Positions 53,042 to 63,930 of a stretch of 64,000 bases of DNA are shown here, in pieces. The DNA lies in assembly GCA_002633005.1 (NCBI GenBank), contig NMRA01000052.1:1208708-1272707 (forward strand), given 5' to 3'. The notes below the pieces were generated by a model. The model did no database searches and had not been told where the DNA came from. It saw nothing but the letters and a program-made list of their open reading frames with translations. Numbering within the stretch: the stretch's first letter is position 1; each line of letters starts with the position of its first letter. The position numbers and the translations under genes were made by a program. The DNA comes from Phoronis australis. Taxonomy: Eukaryota; Animalia; Phoronida.

Positions 53042-53459
53042 TTAAATCCGTTGTTGTTTTCGTGAACATATGCTGTTACTTGCTATCATGGAGATCTTTT
53101 GCAATTGTCCTATTAACTTGATAGCAGATGGATGGAATCGACTACTACTGTAGTTCCTAATGGCAGTTTTTACGTGTGCGTTTGTTCTGGAGTTCTTTGA
53201 CGGATTTTCATAAAATAAGGCAAATGCTTTTGAGAGACGATGACACCTTCCCATTTTTAGATGGGCTCAATGTCATTCTTAGCCATCTAATGACTATCCC
53301 AATGATACAAATAAACACCCCTCGAAGCACACCATTTGCGTTGCAGTCGTGGGCGCATTTCAACGGTCTGCGTTGCTCTTGTTTGTTATGTCTCATTGAA
53401 GTACAAAGCCAATATCATATCTAATAGTGGAATACCAGCGTGCTTACGGTTACATGTTA

Positions 53460-54722
53460 CCGGGGTTTTCCGTAGATAAGCCCCAGGGCGTGTACTCGGA
53501 AATTGAAATTTTCAGGCATTTTAGTGACACCAATAAACGCCCGGACTTTTATTCGGAAAGGGGGTGTGTAAACGGAAAGTCGGTATTTTGGCTACGTAAA
53601 TACCAGCATGATGCGCAATATGTATTTTTGTAAGTGAAACAGACTTCCTGGGTGGATTGGTAGTATCAATTTTTGCAATATCTGCCCAGCGGGACAAGAA
53701 GAAAATTTAATTTAATGTGCATGACACTTCTAGACCTCCTTGTAACAAAGTTGATAGCACCCAAGGTCGCTTAGTAGAAAATCTATCTTCGGCTTGAATA
53801 CTCCCTCCACGTATTGTGAAAAAATTAACGAATTCGAGCGTGTGAAATTTCGGGGTCGAACGGAGCTCAACACACATTGCTACCAAGCTTACTTTGACGA
53901 CAGCCTTCATGCAGCTAGCTGGCCGGTTACGTTCAGTCTGCGGCGGTTCTGTTTTGTGGTGGGTCGGTCATGTTTATAGGTGTGTCTGTCCCATTTTTGA
54001 TGCGGCGGTCTCATTTGATCCCGTAGATACTGTTTGAGGTGAGTTGGTCCGATGTGGAGTGCCGGCGGTCACGTTTTGGGTACGGCGGTCATGTTGTTTC
54101 TCACCCGTGTATCAGTAGTGGCTTGAAAACGGCGAGAAAGAATGCACNACGAGAACCTCCTGGAATTTTTATCTTCAGTCATGCGGAAAATCCCGCAAGA
54201 AATCATTATCACAGCGCTTGAATGTTGTGGCATAGCTGCAAATTGTCTCTACCGTATTCCTCAACGCCCGGATTCGCGAACACATGGGGTACAACGCGGG
54301 TATCCAAGAGATGGATGGTAAGTCGCGAGATCCCTTCAGCGGCTCGAAGGTGGAAAGAAATTTGGAGGAGCTGGATGAAAACATTGACATGAACTGAGTA
54401 CACGTAGATTAAAAGGTTTCGTGGCTGATTTTTTTATTTAAAACAGTTTTTAATAATTTTATGTTAGTAAATGCATAGCTCGGCCACACTTTATTAGTTT
54501 TTATAATTGAAAACTGTTCCACAAAACTGACTTTGTGACTAAAAGTTGACCCTAAGTGGGCTTTTAAAAGGAAATTTTTCACATAAACCCCCCACTATCT
54601 GGACACTCGACACGAGAAGTTGCAACACCAAATAAACGCCCATGGGCGTTTATTCTGTATAATTTTCCGAATAAATGCACATGGGCGTTTCATCGGGTGG
54701 GCTTATCTACGGAAAACCCCAG
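53460..54722 (+). mobile_element. pogo/Tc1-mariner-type non-autonomous element
   Basis: 24-bp TIR CCGGGGTTTTCCGTAGATAAGCCC (one mismatch) and TA TSD. Remnant KIPQEIIITALECCGIA at ~54187 resembles the pogo W..I..E.I..SF..CGI motif. Confidence 0.8.
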
Positions 54723-56338
54723 TAGTACTAACTGATATGACTTGTTAACCCAGAAGGCGTGCTCATCACGCTGGTATGGCGTGTGTCGTGCTTTGGGGCC
54801 TTTATACAATTTCGAAAATAAATCAGTTTCTGGTTTACGAGGCTTATTGAGGATTGCTGATTCAGTAATATCGCGTGAAACGAATTAAGGTATGTAACGA
54901 AAAATAATTTTTATGTGGTGAGTGTTCTTGCTGAAAATTTTTGTCGAACATTTGCTCACTCCTGTTTTAATTTTCCTGGAAATATGTAGCTTATTGGTCT
55001 TGTGAGGGATCGTGCATATCCATTTAAGTCGCGTGGACAGGTATACAAAAATTCGTGAAAGCTTCACCCCAAAGCAGCACCATTTCCAAAAAACACCCTT
55101 CCTCACCATGCTTGAAAACACGGGATGCTCATTTTGGATATTCAAAGGGGAAGTAGTGTTGCCCGGCGTCAGAAGATATGATATATCGCAGAAATAATTT
55201 TGCAAACATTTTTGGAAGAACAATCCAGGTCCGACCCCATGGGTAAATTAAAATCGTATTCGCACGTGTATGTTTGCATGGCGGTGTAAAGTACCTGTTA
55301 TATTATTTACAGGACCTCTGAAGTTGGCGCAAATACAGGACCCGTAAGTGTCGCTTTACACCCCCGTGTATTTGAGTGACTTCTGTGAAATACACAGGGT
55401 ACGAACAGTACATCCTATGAATTTGTTTGTATAAATACAGTATACACTCCGGTTAAAACACTACCGGTAGAAATTGGGATTGTTAGCAAAAAAGTGGAAC
55501 CTGAAAGCGCAGTGGCCTCGTTCTTGGCGTTTACGAGCAGACCTTCTTAATCTGAACTGGTTTTAAAAGATACTCTATCGTGGTTGGGAGATAGCGGTGT
55601 CAGGGAGCGGTAAGTCTAGAGGTACCTGACTGGCTTTATCACCGAATGGTGGTTCCCATGATATGGACCAGGTATCAATGTCCTGTTGACCCAATCCTAA
55701 AAGTTTTACCGCTATTGAATTGCAGTTGGTGGCATGAATTTCGTTAATTAAATGGATGCATGTACTTGGCCCGAATTTGACTATTAGAGGCATTAACGCC
55801 GACATAATCTCTCCTTGGTCAATCTTCAAAAGTTTGATTCCTTAGGATTCCTCTTCAGAAAGCGTGTCTCACACTTCGGGTGAGTCAATGGACAACTGCG
55901 GGTGGGGGCGACTAATCTCGAACCACCGAATGCCAACTTTATGACGCAATGAGGACCATAGTTTAGACCAATGCTCTATTTTTCCAGAAAATTACCACTT
56001 ATACAGCAATAGGTGAGAGAAACAGAGTAAAATCACTGAAATATTGTTCAGTATCCTTTTAAAGATGTCACTTGTGATCTGATTTTAGGTATTAGTTTGA
56101 GCAATGAGCTAAATACACCTCTATGTAGCTCATTAGTTTGAGCTAAGAAATAGGCTACTTGCTAGTTAGGAAAAGCTTGCAGATTGAGGAAGAGCAAGGT
56201 TAGCGCCCCGTCTTCAATTCTTGTATGATACGTTTTGTTTCATACGACGTCTCATATGGCATTTCAGTATACGAGTGCAGAGAAAACATAACATGATTTA
56301 AGCATCATGCAACTTTATTTTAATGCCCTCTCAAAAAA

Positions 56339-57787
56339 TTATGCTTCAGGTCCAGCCGGTCCTGGCGGAGTCGGAATTATCGCTGGACAGTTTCCCCACA
56401 AAAAGTGAAGGTCGTAGGTTGGAGTAGTCGCACACCAGGGTGTGTGGTGGTTCTCCTCCGTGCATTCATAGTGCAATTTTCCGCTGTATAGAAACGGAAA
56501 GAAACAAGTGGCGCCGTTGGAGTTCCCTCCCTTGGTCACAACATTGCTTGTTTCTGGAATACAATAATTTTGATTGGACATTTACGTCACTATGATATAC
56601 AGTATATGCACAACAATGGAACGGTGGTTTTCACAAAAATTATTCTTCAGATTTCTCTCCTTTTTACTATGCATCAAATCAAAATCGTTTCCTTTCCCTT
56701 CAAGAATACAAATATAACCCAGACTTGCACTCTTTTAGTGTTTGTGAAAATTTCGTTTTGACAACTTAAAAGTTCTGCTTCTGCATTGATCATTACAACT
56801 ACACGGACCTGTTGCTAAGATCGGTGAAAATAGATTGAAATGTGTTGAAAAGTAGGTCTATGGATTTTGACAGCCAGGTGTCATTCCTTTAATTCCTTAG
56901 GTGAGACTTAGCGGGATCTACTCGAAAGCCTTAATTCTCCTATACCTCTCCCCGGATATGAAACCCATCCGTCTGTTGTCTTAGTGCTCTAATGAAATCT
57001 ATTGGAAGTTAAAATGAAAGAAAAGATGAAAATGCCCCTACTTACTGGGATAAACGCAGTTTCCCCATAATCTGTCGCTGTCGTAATCTGCCGTCACACC
57101 ACACCACGGTCTGTCATGATTGGTCACAATGCAATCCGTCCAGGGAAGGCCATTGTATGCGAAGGGAAAAACGCAGGGTTTTTTCCCGCCATTGCCGTCG
57201 TAGGTGAAGTTTAATGGATTCCAGTGGTTCTGTCCCCCTGGAAATTGACATCATTTTAGAAATGACATAAAAATTTAGTTTAACAAGTGCATCTGCTATG
57301 ATACAAGACTTTCGCAAAATTCACAACTCTTTGCAGTGATTACACAGAAATGCAAGGAAAGCACCAACGTACTTGGGTACAGACAGTTTCCCCACAGACG
57401 TTCTGCGTCAAAGTTGGCTGTGGTGGCACACCAAGGTCTGTCGTGGTTGTCGTCTATGCATTCGCCAATGGTTTGTCCTTTGTACACGAACGGGAAAACA
57501 CACGGCTTGTTTTGTCCATTCCCTCCATAGGTTTGATCACCCCCAGCTGAAAACATGCAAAAGCAAAAGTTGTCCAACTAACCCAATTACCGAGTAACAT
57601 TTCAATTGACATCTGCCCTGAGGAAATGCAACAAGTATAAGTGACACCTCACTACATATAATGTTCCGATAGAAAGAAATCGATTTAGTTGTGTTCTGCG
57701 TGGATAAGCGCTCCTTAATAATTTTGAATTCCGCTCACTTGAACAGGCGACCAGTGGAATTAGAAGAATAAGTTTAAGCAGAAACAT
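56339..57787 (-). CDS. Secreted protein of three fibronectin type II domains, 4 exons, 209 aa
   Basis: Exons 57787-57739 (signal peptide MFLLKLILLIPLVACS), 57546-57373, 57237-57046 (absent from the ORF track) and 56553-56339. All introns are phase 1 GT-AG. Each FN2 exon has C.FPF.Y.G....C......PWC..T...D....WGNC. AATAAA lies ~20 nt after the stop. Confidence 0.92.
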
Positions 57788-58071
57788 CGTATCCAGCGGG
57801 TGCTTCCTGAGTCTCAACTATAAATATGGTATAATTTTTTGGACCGACGACATCTCTCGACGCTGGCGGTGGCGCGGAATGTAGGTGGAGTTGCGCAAGC
57901 GCAGCCCAATCTTGGTATCTCCCTGACCCTAGTAGATGCATTGCTTTACACAATCATGTTTTGCATATCGTCTAATAAGTACTTGCATCGGTACGTTTTT
58001 CCGTATTGATCCAGTTTGGTTCCGCTTAATCTGAGACCACATAAGGGGAATAGTAAATGGCAGTACTCTAA

Positions 58072-59402
58072 AGGCAAAGGTAACCTTTTTCATGTCATTT
58101 TTAGCAAAAATAGGGTTCGTTGATTATCCCAGACATATTTTTCACTTATTTACTGCTTTTCGTAATTTAATTAATTACTCGTCGTCTACTCAGGAAGTGA
58201 AGTTTTGGGAGGCAAGAATTTTGCGCCAATTTCTTTTCATATAGACTGACTGTGAGAGCAGTGGGGTCAGTCATTGTTCTACCTCGGTTGTGATAAGTTC
58301 AGTCGTCGTTTGTCCTTCCTTACGAGTCAGTCAACATGCCACGCTGTTGCTGCGTACTGGGGTGTACTCATTATAGTCTCACGTACAGAGGAAGATTTGT
58401 CCCACTTGCCGGAGTGTCCCGCGACACACTCCCACTGGAGGGTGATCTGAGCACCCAAACTGCTTACATCCCGCCGTGTGACTCCCTCGCCACACACCTG
58501 GCACCTTCCAAATAGCTCCAATACAAGTCCACAATAAACTTATCAAACTTAGGCTTCCCGATCTGTACATTGTATGACGAACTCTCCTCTTCACTGGGTG
58601 TCGAACTGGGCCTGTATCCACTCCCACTACTCAACATCGCTGCAGGGTTGCTTACAGGATCTGGGCTAGAGACAACACCACAGGGCGAATCACTGCTAGT
58701 TCCCGGAATTGCATGCAATGGGGGTACGTTCGGAGGCACGGGTGACAGTAGATGAAGTGCCTTCAATCACTGTATAAAGTGGCCACAGCTCGCGAGGATT
58801 CTCGCTTCAAAAACGCACTTCTCGGGGTTGGCGACGGGGCACTACCGGGAATCAACAGCGACGGTATGGTACCCTTCTTCAGGCGTTGTTTCGCAGGGAC
58901 CTTCATCAATTCAGCGTACATATCTGTCATAATCTGACGGCAGAAAATGCTTGCCACACACTCGGTAATCCTCCATTGCTTTGTACGTTGCGTCGACGGG
59001 TAGGGCTGAGTTCTTCGCATGAACGAGCTAGCCAAGTACGGCGAAGTGTGTCATCCTTCGGAAAGCGACGCAAGGTACCCAAAGCTATTGTGAGGCGATA
59101 ATAAGTACATCCCGGCACGCAGCAACAGCGTGGCATGTTGACTGACTTGTAAACAAAAGCAAACGGCGATCGAACTTATCACAAACGAGGTAGAACAATG
59201 ACTGACTCGACAGCTCTCACAGTCAGACTATAATGAAAAAAAAATGGCGCGAAACTCTTGTCTCCCAAAACGTCACTTCCCGAGTAGGGGACGAGAAATT
59301 AATCAAATTACGAAAAGCTGTAATTATGTGAAAAATGTGTCTGGGATAATCAACGAACCTTATTTTTGCTAAAAGTTACATGAAAAAAGGTTGCCTTCGC
59401 CT
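58072..59402 (-). mobile_element. Kolobok-derived element with ~310-bp imperfect TIRs
   Basis: Termini AGGCAAAGGTAACC / GGTTGCCTTCGCCT, flanks CTAA / TTAA. 58072-58382 mirrors 59091-59402. Confidence 0.85.
58385..59136 (-). pseudogene. THAP domain plus N-terminal zinc finger of a Kolobok transposase, frameshifted and truncated
   Basis: MPRCCCVPGC..RFPKD..RRTW / YRVCGKHF / RLKKGTIPSL (THAP C2CH and AVPTIF-like box, across different frames), then ELFGRCQVC..G.Q....ECVAGH..KW. No DDE core is present. Confidence 0.85.
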
Positions 59403-59851
59403 TTAATGTCACGAAACGTATCGGACACTCTCGGACCCATGCATTGCCCCTATATGTATGTCCCGCAAGCATATGACTTGTTAGAATGAAGGGATTATAC
59501 AGCTCTGCCTCCAGGAGATTTCCCAATTCAGAAGGATCGAGGCTTTGGTAGGGATGCTCTAATCGATCGTTGCCCTCTCATGCAGTGAGCGAAATGTGAC
59601 TATGCGGTGGGTCAGCTTTCAGTGCCCTCTCGGGAAGGCGTCTGGATTTTGTATTGGTAGTGCCTCAAACCGGGAAATAAATTGGTAATGACTCATTGGG
59701 GGAATGGTGGAAAGTGGGGACTCCTATTCCGCGGACGCGTTCTTTGATGCGAGTAGGATTATCACCACTCGATAGGCTTCAGGTACGCGTTTTCCTGGTC
59801 GCTCAGGTGCATGTATATTGCATGTGAATGTGCGGCTACCACTCCTTCCCA

Positions 59852-60226
59852 CTATGCGGTTGAACATCTCTGATGGGACAAAATCAACAAACTGAGTTTA
59901 ATAATAGACCGGCAGTTCACGTGCTTGAACTTCGTGTAGCAGGTTGATAAAACAACTCTCCTTCCACGTACATGTAAATGTACATCTGCGAGGGATCTAA
60001 TTTTTCTTTGACGGTATAGTTTCTGGTACTTTAAACATATGGACCACACGCCACAGCAATCGTTCTCCACACAAGGTTCGGGGAGTCTCGAGCACTTACA
60101 CGAGTGACACAGTGGTTCAAAAAATCCGAGGATATTTGGACATTTTCCTATTTTTGGAATAGGACGCAAGAATGCAAACAGTGGTAAATGAGTCAGTACT
60201 GATAATACAACAAATAACCCAAGCAT
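59852..60226 (-). CDS. Candidate secreted cysteine-rich peptide
   Basis: ATG start, hydrophobic leader MLGLFVVLSVLTHLPLFAF, a cluster of 8 Cys in 36 aa and a basic tail. No family recognised and no expression evidence. Confidence 0.35.
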   Translation of the reverse strand: MLGLFVVLSVLTHLPLFAFLRPIPKIGKCPNILGFFEPLCHSCKCSRLPEPCVENDCCGVWSICLKYQKLYRQRKIRSLADVHLHVRGRRVVLSTCYTKFKHVNCRSIIKLSLLILSHQRCSTA

Positions 60227-60417
60227 ATTATTACATAGCCAACAGGGTGTGATGAAACGCCGCCGACACCCTAAAGTAAATAAGACTTATCTCCATTAGT
60301 TTGCTCATGATTGATTCAGCTATAATTGTGCGTCACTTATGTCACGTACATCAAGGATATACGAGTGTCTCCGTTCGAGCGCCCCCTCGTGTGCGCGCAT
60401 GTATTACAAAGCACCGC

Positions 60418-60548
60418 ACAACGTACGTGTTTGTAACAAGTGTGTTACTACATGTATATCTCGATTCGTGATATGCAAAAGTATTTGAACTCGGACATCG
60501 CCCTCGTTCAAATACTTTTGCATGACTGGTTACAAAAACGTACGTTGT
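60418..60548. mobile_element. Small foldback/palindromic element
   Basis: Outer arms acaacgtacgt.tttgtaac / gttacaaaaacgtacgttgt; inner arms atgcaaaagtatttgaac / gttcaaatacttttgcat. Confidence 0.65.
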
Positions 60549-60875
60549 ATATTACATATATACACATACGCACACATTTTACATTTTGACAACAGATTTG
60601 CGTCTTTCTTCAGATTTTATTTACACAAGTTGATTTACTCTATATACTGTTTGTTTTGGTTATACTCACGAAAGTGCCGTCGACTATACTTCAGCTAGAA
60701 GATAAGTATTTTTGGAGAAGATCGTTATATAAGGGACACACTAATAAAAACGAATTTCAATTTCCACAACGTTTAAGTCCCAACAAATGCACCACTTTTC
60801 ATCTACCTGCTAATGACAATGAAATGGATTGAGTTCATCTGAATCTGACCAAGCTTGATAAAGAAACAAAGCTTT

Positions 60876-61002
60876 CAGGGGCGGATCCAGAATTTTGGAT
60901 GTTGACCGTCAGACATTTCCACCCCCGTACTGCCCAATGGAATCTGGGGGGATTTTAGGGGGGGCATGGCACCCTTGCCCCCCCCCTCTAAATCCGCCAC
61001 TG
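60876..61002. mobile_element. MITE with a 5-bp TSD (family of 32335-32492)
   Basis: CAGGGGCGGATCC...AATCCGCCACTG, TSD GCTTT. Confidence 0.8.
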
Positions 61003-61277
61003 GCTTTCAATATGTGAAGCGCAAAACCAGCCGTCAGTGGCAGAAATCATACGTTTCATAGCATACTAGTGCGGCAAAAGATTCCCTACGAATGTTTTGT
61101 ATCGTTCTTCATTGAATCTGTTGTCATGATAGAGCACCATTACGAAAATGGAAGCATACAATCTGTTGCATATTCCCGAATTCCCAGGATACCAAGCCGT
61201 TAACAAATTAAGCGAGTCCACTGACACGACAAGCTCCATTTATAACGGAGTCTGATTGATCCAAAATCAAAACAGAC

Positions 61278-61492
61278 GAGTGGCAGATTTACGTTTTCAC
61301 TAAGGGGGTTTAGCCGAGTAGGATTCGTGCGAGTGGGGGAGGTAGGGAGGGAGTTTCCCTCCTCCCGCGTAAGATTTTTTTTTGTTTTTTGTAGCCGACT
61401 TCGTTTTCCTGGCGATATTTTTCATTTTATTTTTGATCCTGTCCCGGGGGGGTTAACCCCCCTGAACCCTCTCCCCTATAGATCCTCCTCAA
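61278..61492. mobile_element. Related MITE with a 5-bp TSD, diverged termini
   Basis: GAGTGGCAGATT...GATCCTCCTCAA flanked by CAGAC on both sides; internal GC hairpins. Confidence 0.55.
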
Positions 61493-63782
61493 CAGACACT
61501 GCATGTGCTGCGTATTATTAGGTGCCACAGTCTTACATCATGGGAAAAACACTATTCTGGCACGACAAAGGGTTTTAGTGTTCACTGGTGGTTTAGCTAG
61601 TTAATGTTTACGTTACGTTGCCATTGATTCATAGATCTAGTTTTTTAATTAATTCGCGTTAGCTACTTTTTATTTGTGAAGCGTTATGAAAGTGTTTGCT
61701 TATCCAAAGATACCATGTCAATTTCATCCCGACTTCGAAATATTACAATAATAGCCATACTGCTTTTCAGAAACAATAAGTTTCATACCTGATGTGATCA
61801 CCGATGGCTACTACATCTGCCGCACATAATCCGCCTCGCTCATTTCATTCAAAGCAGTGCTTATCACATGAAAGTAATTCAACTTAAAAAATACGCGTTT
61901 TAGTGGGTTTGAAACGAAATGATTGTCCCCACATGAAAATCGTCGGAGCCAAGCAGCGAGCAGTCGACAAAAAGAACAACTAACGCCCTTTGCGACACGC
62001 GGCGTTTTTTTCCAACAGGTGCCGCTTGGCCGCAGAACGACTGCATTGAGTAAAATCCAGTTTTTCTGCCAACTTCACCCCATTTTACGGTACTGGTTTG
62101 TCCAGGCGAATATTCAAATCTAATCGTCATGCTTTCTACATACTTCAATCACCGTTTTTAAAATGGCGGACCCTTGTATTATTGATGCTCAGCGACTGAG
62201 GAATCTCAAGTTATGTTTTTAGGTAGCTCTCAAACAGCTCAAAATAAAAAATGACTGGATGGCAGCATTTTTGAAACGCATTTGTGGAATTTGTAATAAA
62301 TCTGCTTTCAAAATCTGGCTAGCCTGGCTCTATCAAGCATTGGCAGGCGGGAAAGTACTGGTGGTTAAATGGTCTGAAAACTGTTACTGAAATTTATGTT
62401 TTTATCACCTTCTTGAAGTCTTGCTTCCTTTTACGGTGGAAATGAAACGGTAAAAATATAGGGCATATAACAATAAAATTTCTGTGGTCATGGGCATATA
62501 GAGCTTTGAAACGACTAACAAAGTTAACTATTAAACCGCAGTTTTGTGTACGTGAGCACTGCCAGACAAAATCCAATGAGGACGACTGGGTTTCGAAGAC
62601 ACAAGAATCTCACTAAGTTTGTGTGATCACGTGATTCACCTGGCGATATTTCACGAGAGATTCGGATGCAGACCTATACATCGCCTCCTCTCGGAGGTAA
62701 CCTTTTACAGGAAAATAAACCCAGCTTTGCAGATATATCAACAACTACTTCCCAACTATCTCTCCGAAACAAAATATTGCTTTGCAACCCTCGTCAACTC
62801 CCAAAAGTCTGAGGCACGTTTTGAAAACTCCTTCCGAAGTCTAGTGGTAAACAGGCAAGCTTGACCTAGCTTCAGGTGACTACGACAACTGCCGCCGTTA
62901 AAGATCACGTACTAAGTACCATAACATCCATATTAAGATACGCAGAGGATGTGATTATCCTAAATTAGCCCCAACGCGGAATAGACATGGGCTGCGCATA
63001 TTTCAGTGCTGCGCCGCCCATGAGAGAACCCGAAACTCTTGCGTCGAAGCCAACGCTCTGCTGGTTGACGGATAAATGCTTATTTATGTAATACAGCTGT
63101 AAGAATCGGTGATTTATAATAAAACAAAACTTATTTTATTATTTTGTAGCTCTGGTCAATGCTATCAACTTCAAAGAGTTCATCCCATTTACCAATTCCC
63201 AAAAATATGTTAGTTGTAAAACGATAATGTGTCTAAGTATCCTGGCTACCCTTGCGAAAAAAATAGCCTTAAGTTTCATTGGGCTTTGTGAACGGTTTTT
63301 GAAAGTTTTGGCCTAGTATGCTATTAAATATCTTCCAGTTTTGTGCACGCTGTGCAGCAGCAGGGTGGAGTTGCCTGGGCCTGGTGGTCCATTTCCAAAA
63401 ACTATTCAAAACGGTTGAGTGCCAGCATAGCGGGTGATAGCCAGAGCCCCAATCTCGTGATTGCAGGCACCTACGAAAGTCGATCTTGTGCTCCTACAGC
63501 GCAAAAAAGATGTATGTAGAATTTTCATTTTACGGGGGCAAGCGAATATACAGTGTATATCAATTCAGACACAGTAAGATGTTCACTTTTCAAAGCACCT
63601 CCAAAATCGGAATGTGAACTTTAATGGTTGCATTAAGTGACAGTCCTTAGCAAGCAGAACAGTCGTGTTCATGAATTGAAGATTTGCCCCTGTGTATAAA
63701 TGACGTCAAACGGTGTCTCGATACAGCCTAAGCGGCATAACTGCTGCCGCCCAGCACGCACATCTATAACGCCTAACATGCT

Positions 63783-63930
63783 TACATACATACACACAAA
63801 CACACACGCGCGTGCGCATACATACATCTACAAACATACATACATACATACATACATACATACATACATACATAACTACATACATACATACATACATACA
63901 TACATACATACATACATACATACATACATA
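63783..63930. repeat. (TACA)n microsatellite
   Basis: Read directly from the sequence. Confidence 0.98.

Larger units (their letters stand above)
52311..53096. mobile_element. Penelope-like retroelement insertion: inverted pair of 3' ends with a 12-bp TSD
   Basis: The left arm (-) encodes SHVNIHLQSSNHC..FAIIDQA..ELKIREALHISWCKPNLNRQ (GIY-YIG end). The right arm (+) is its mirror image. TSD TTTTGCAATTGT at 52302-13 and 53097-108; N gap 52669-52799 in the middle. Confidence 0.9.
48473..53383 (+). mobile_element. HINE/DINE-1-like element with both ends, interrupted by nested insertions
   Basis: 5' end: T-run, subTIR GTGCCCAC hairpinned to GTGGGCGC, then a GTCC-rich tract. Internal repeats span 51775-53200. 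3' end: subTIR GTGGGCGC (53349), hairpin CAACG-gtctg-CGTTG and terminal CTTGTT. Joining both ends into one copy is inference. Confidence 0.7.

Noticed and set aside
62580-62900. Possible Harbinger-type transposase HTH remnant on the minus strand
   Set aside because: Only a vague VAKQYFVS..IC pattern with stops, and no TIRs identified.
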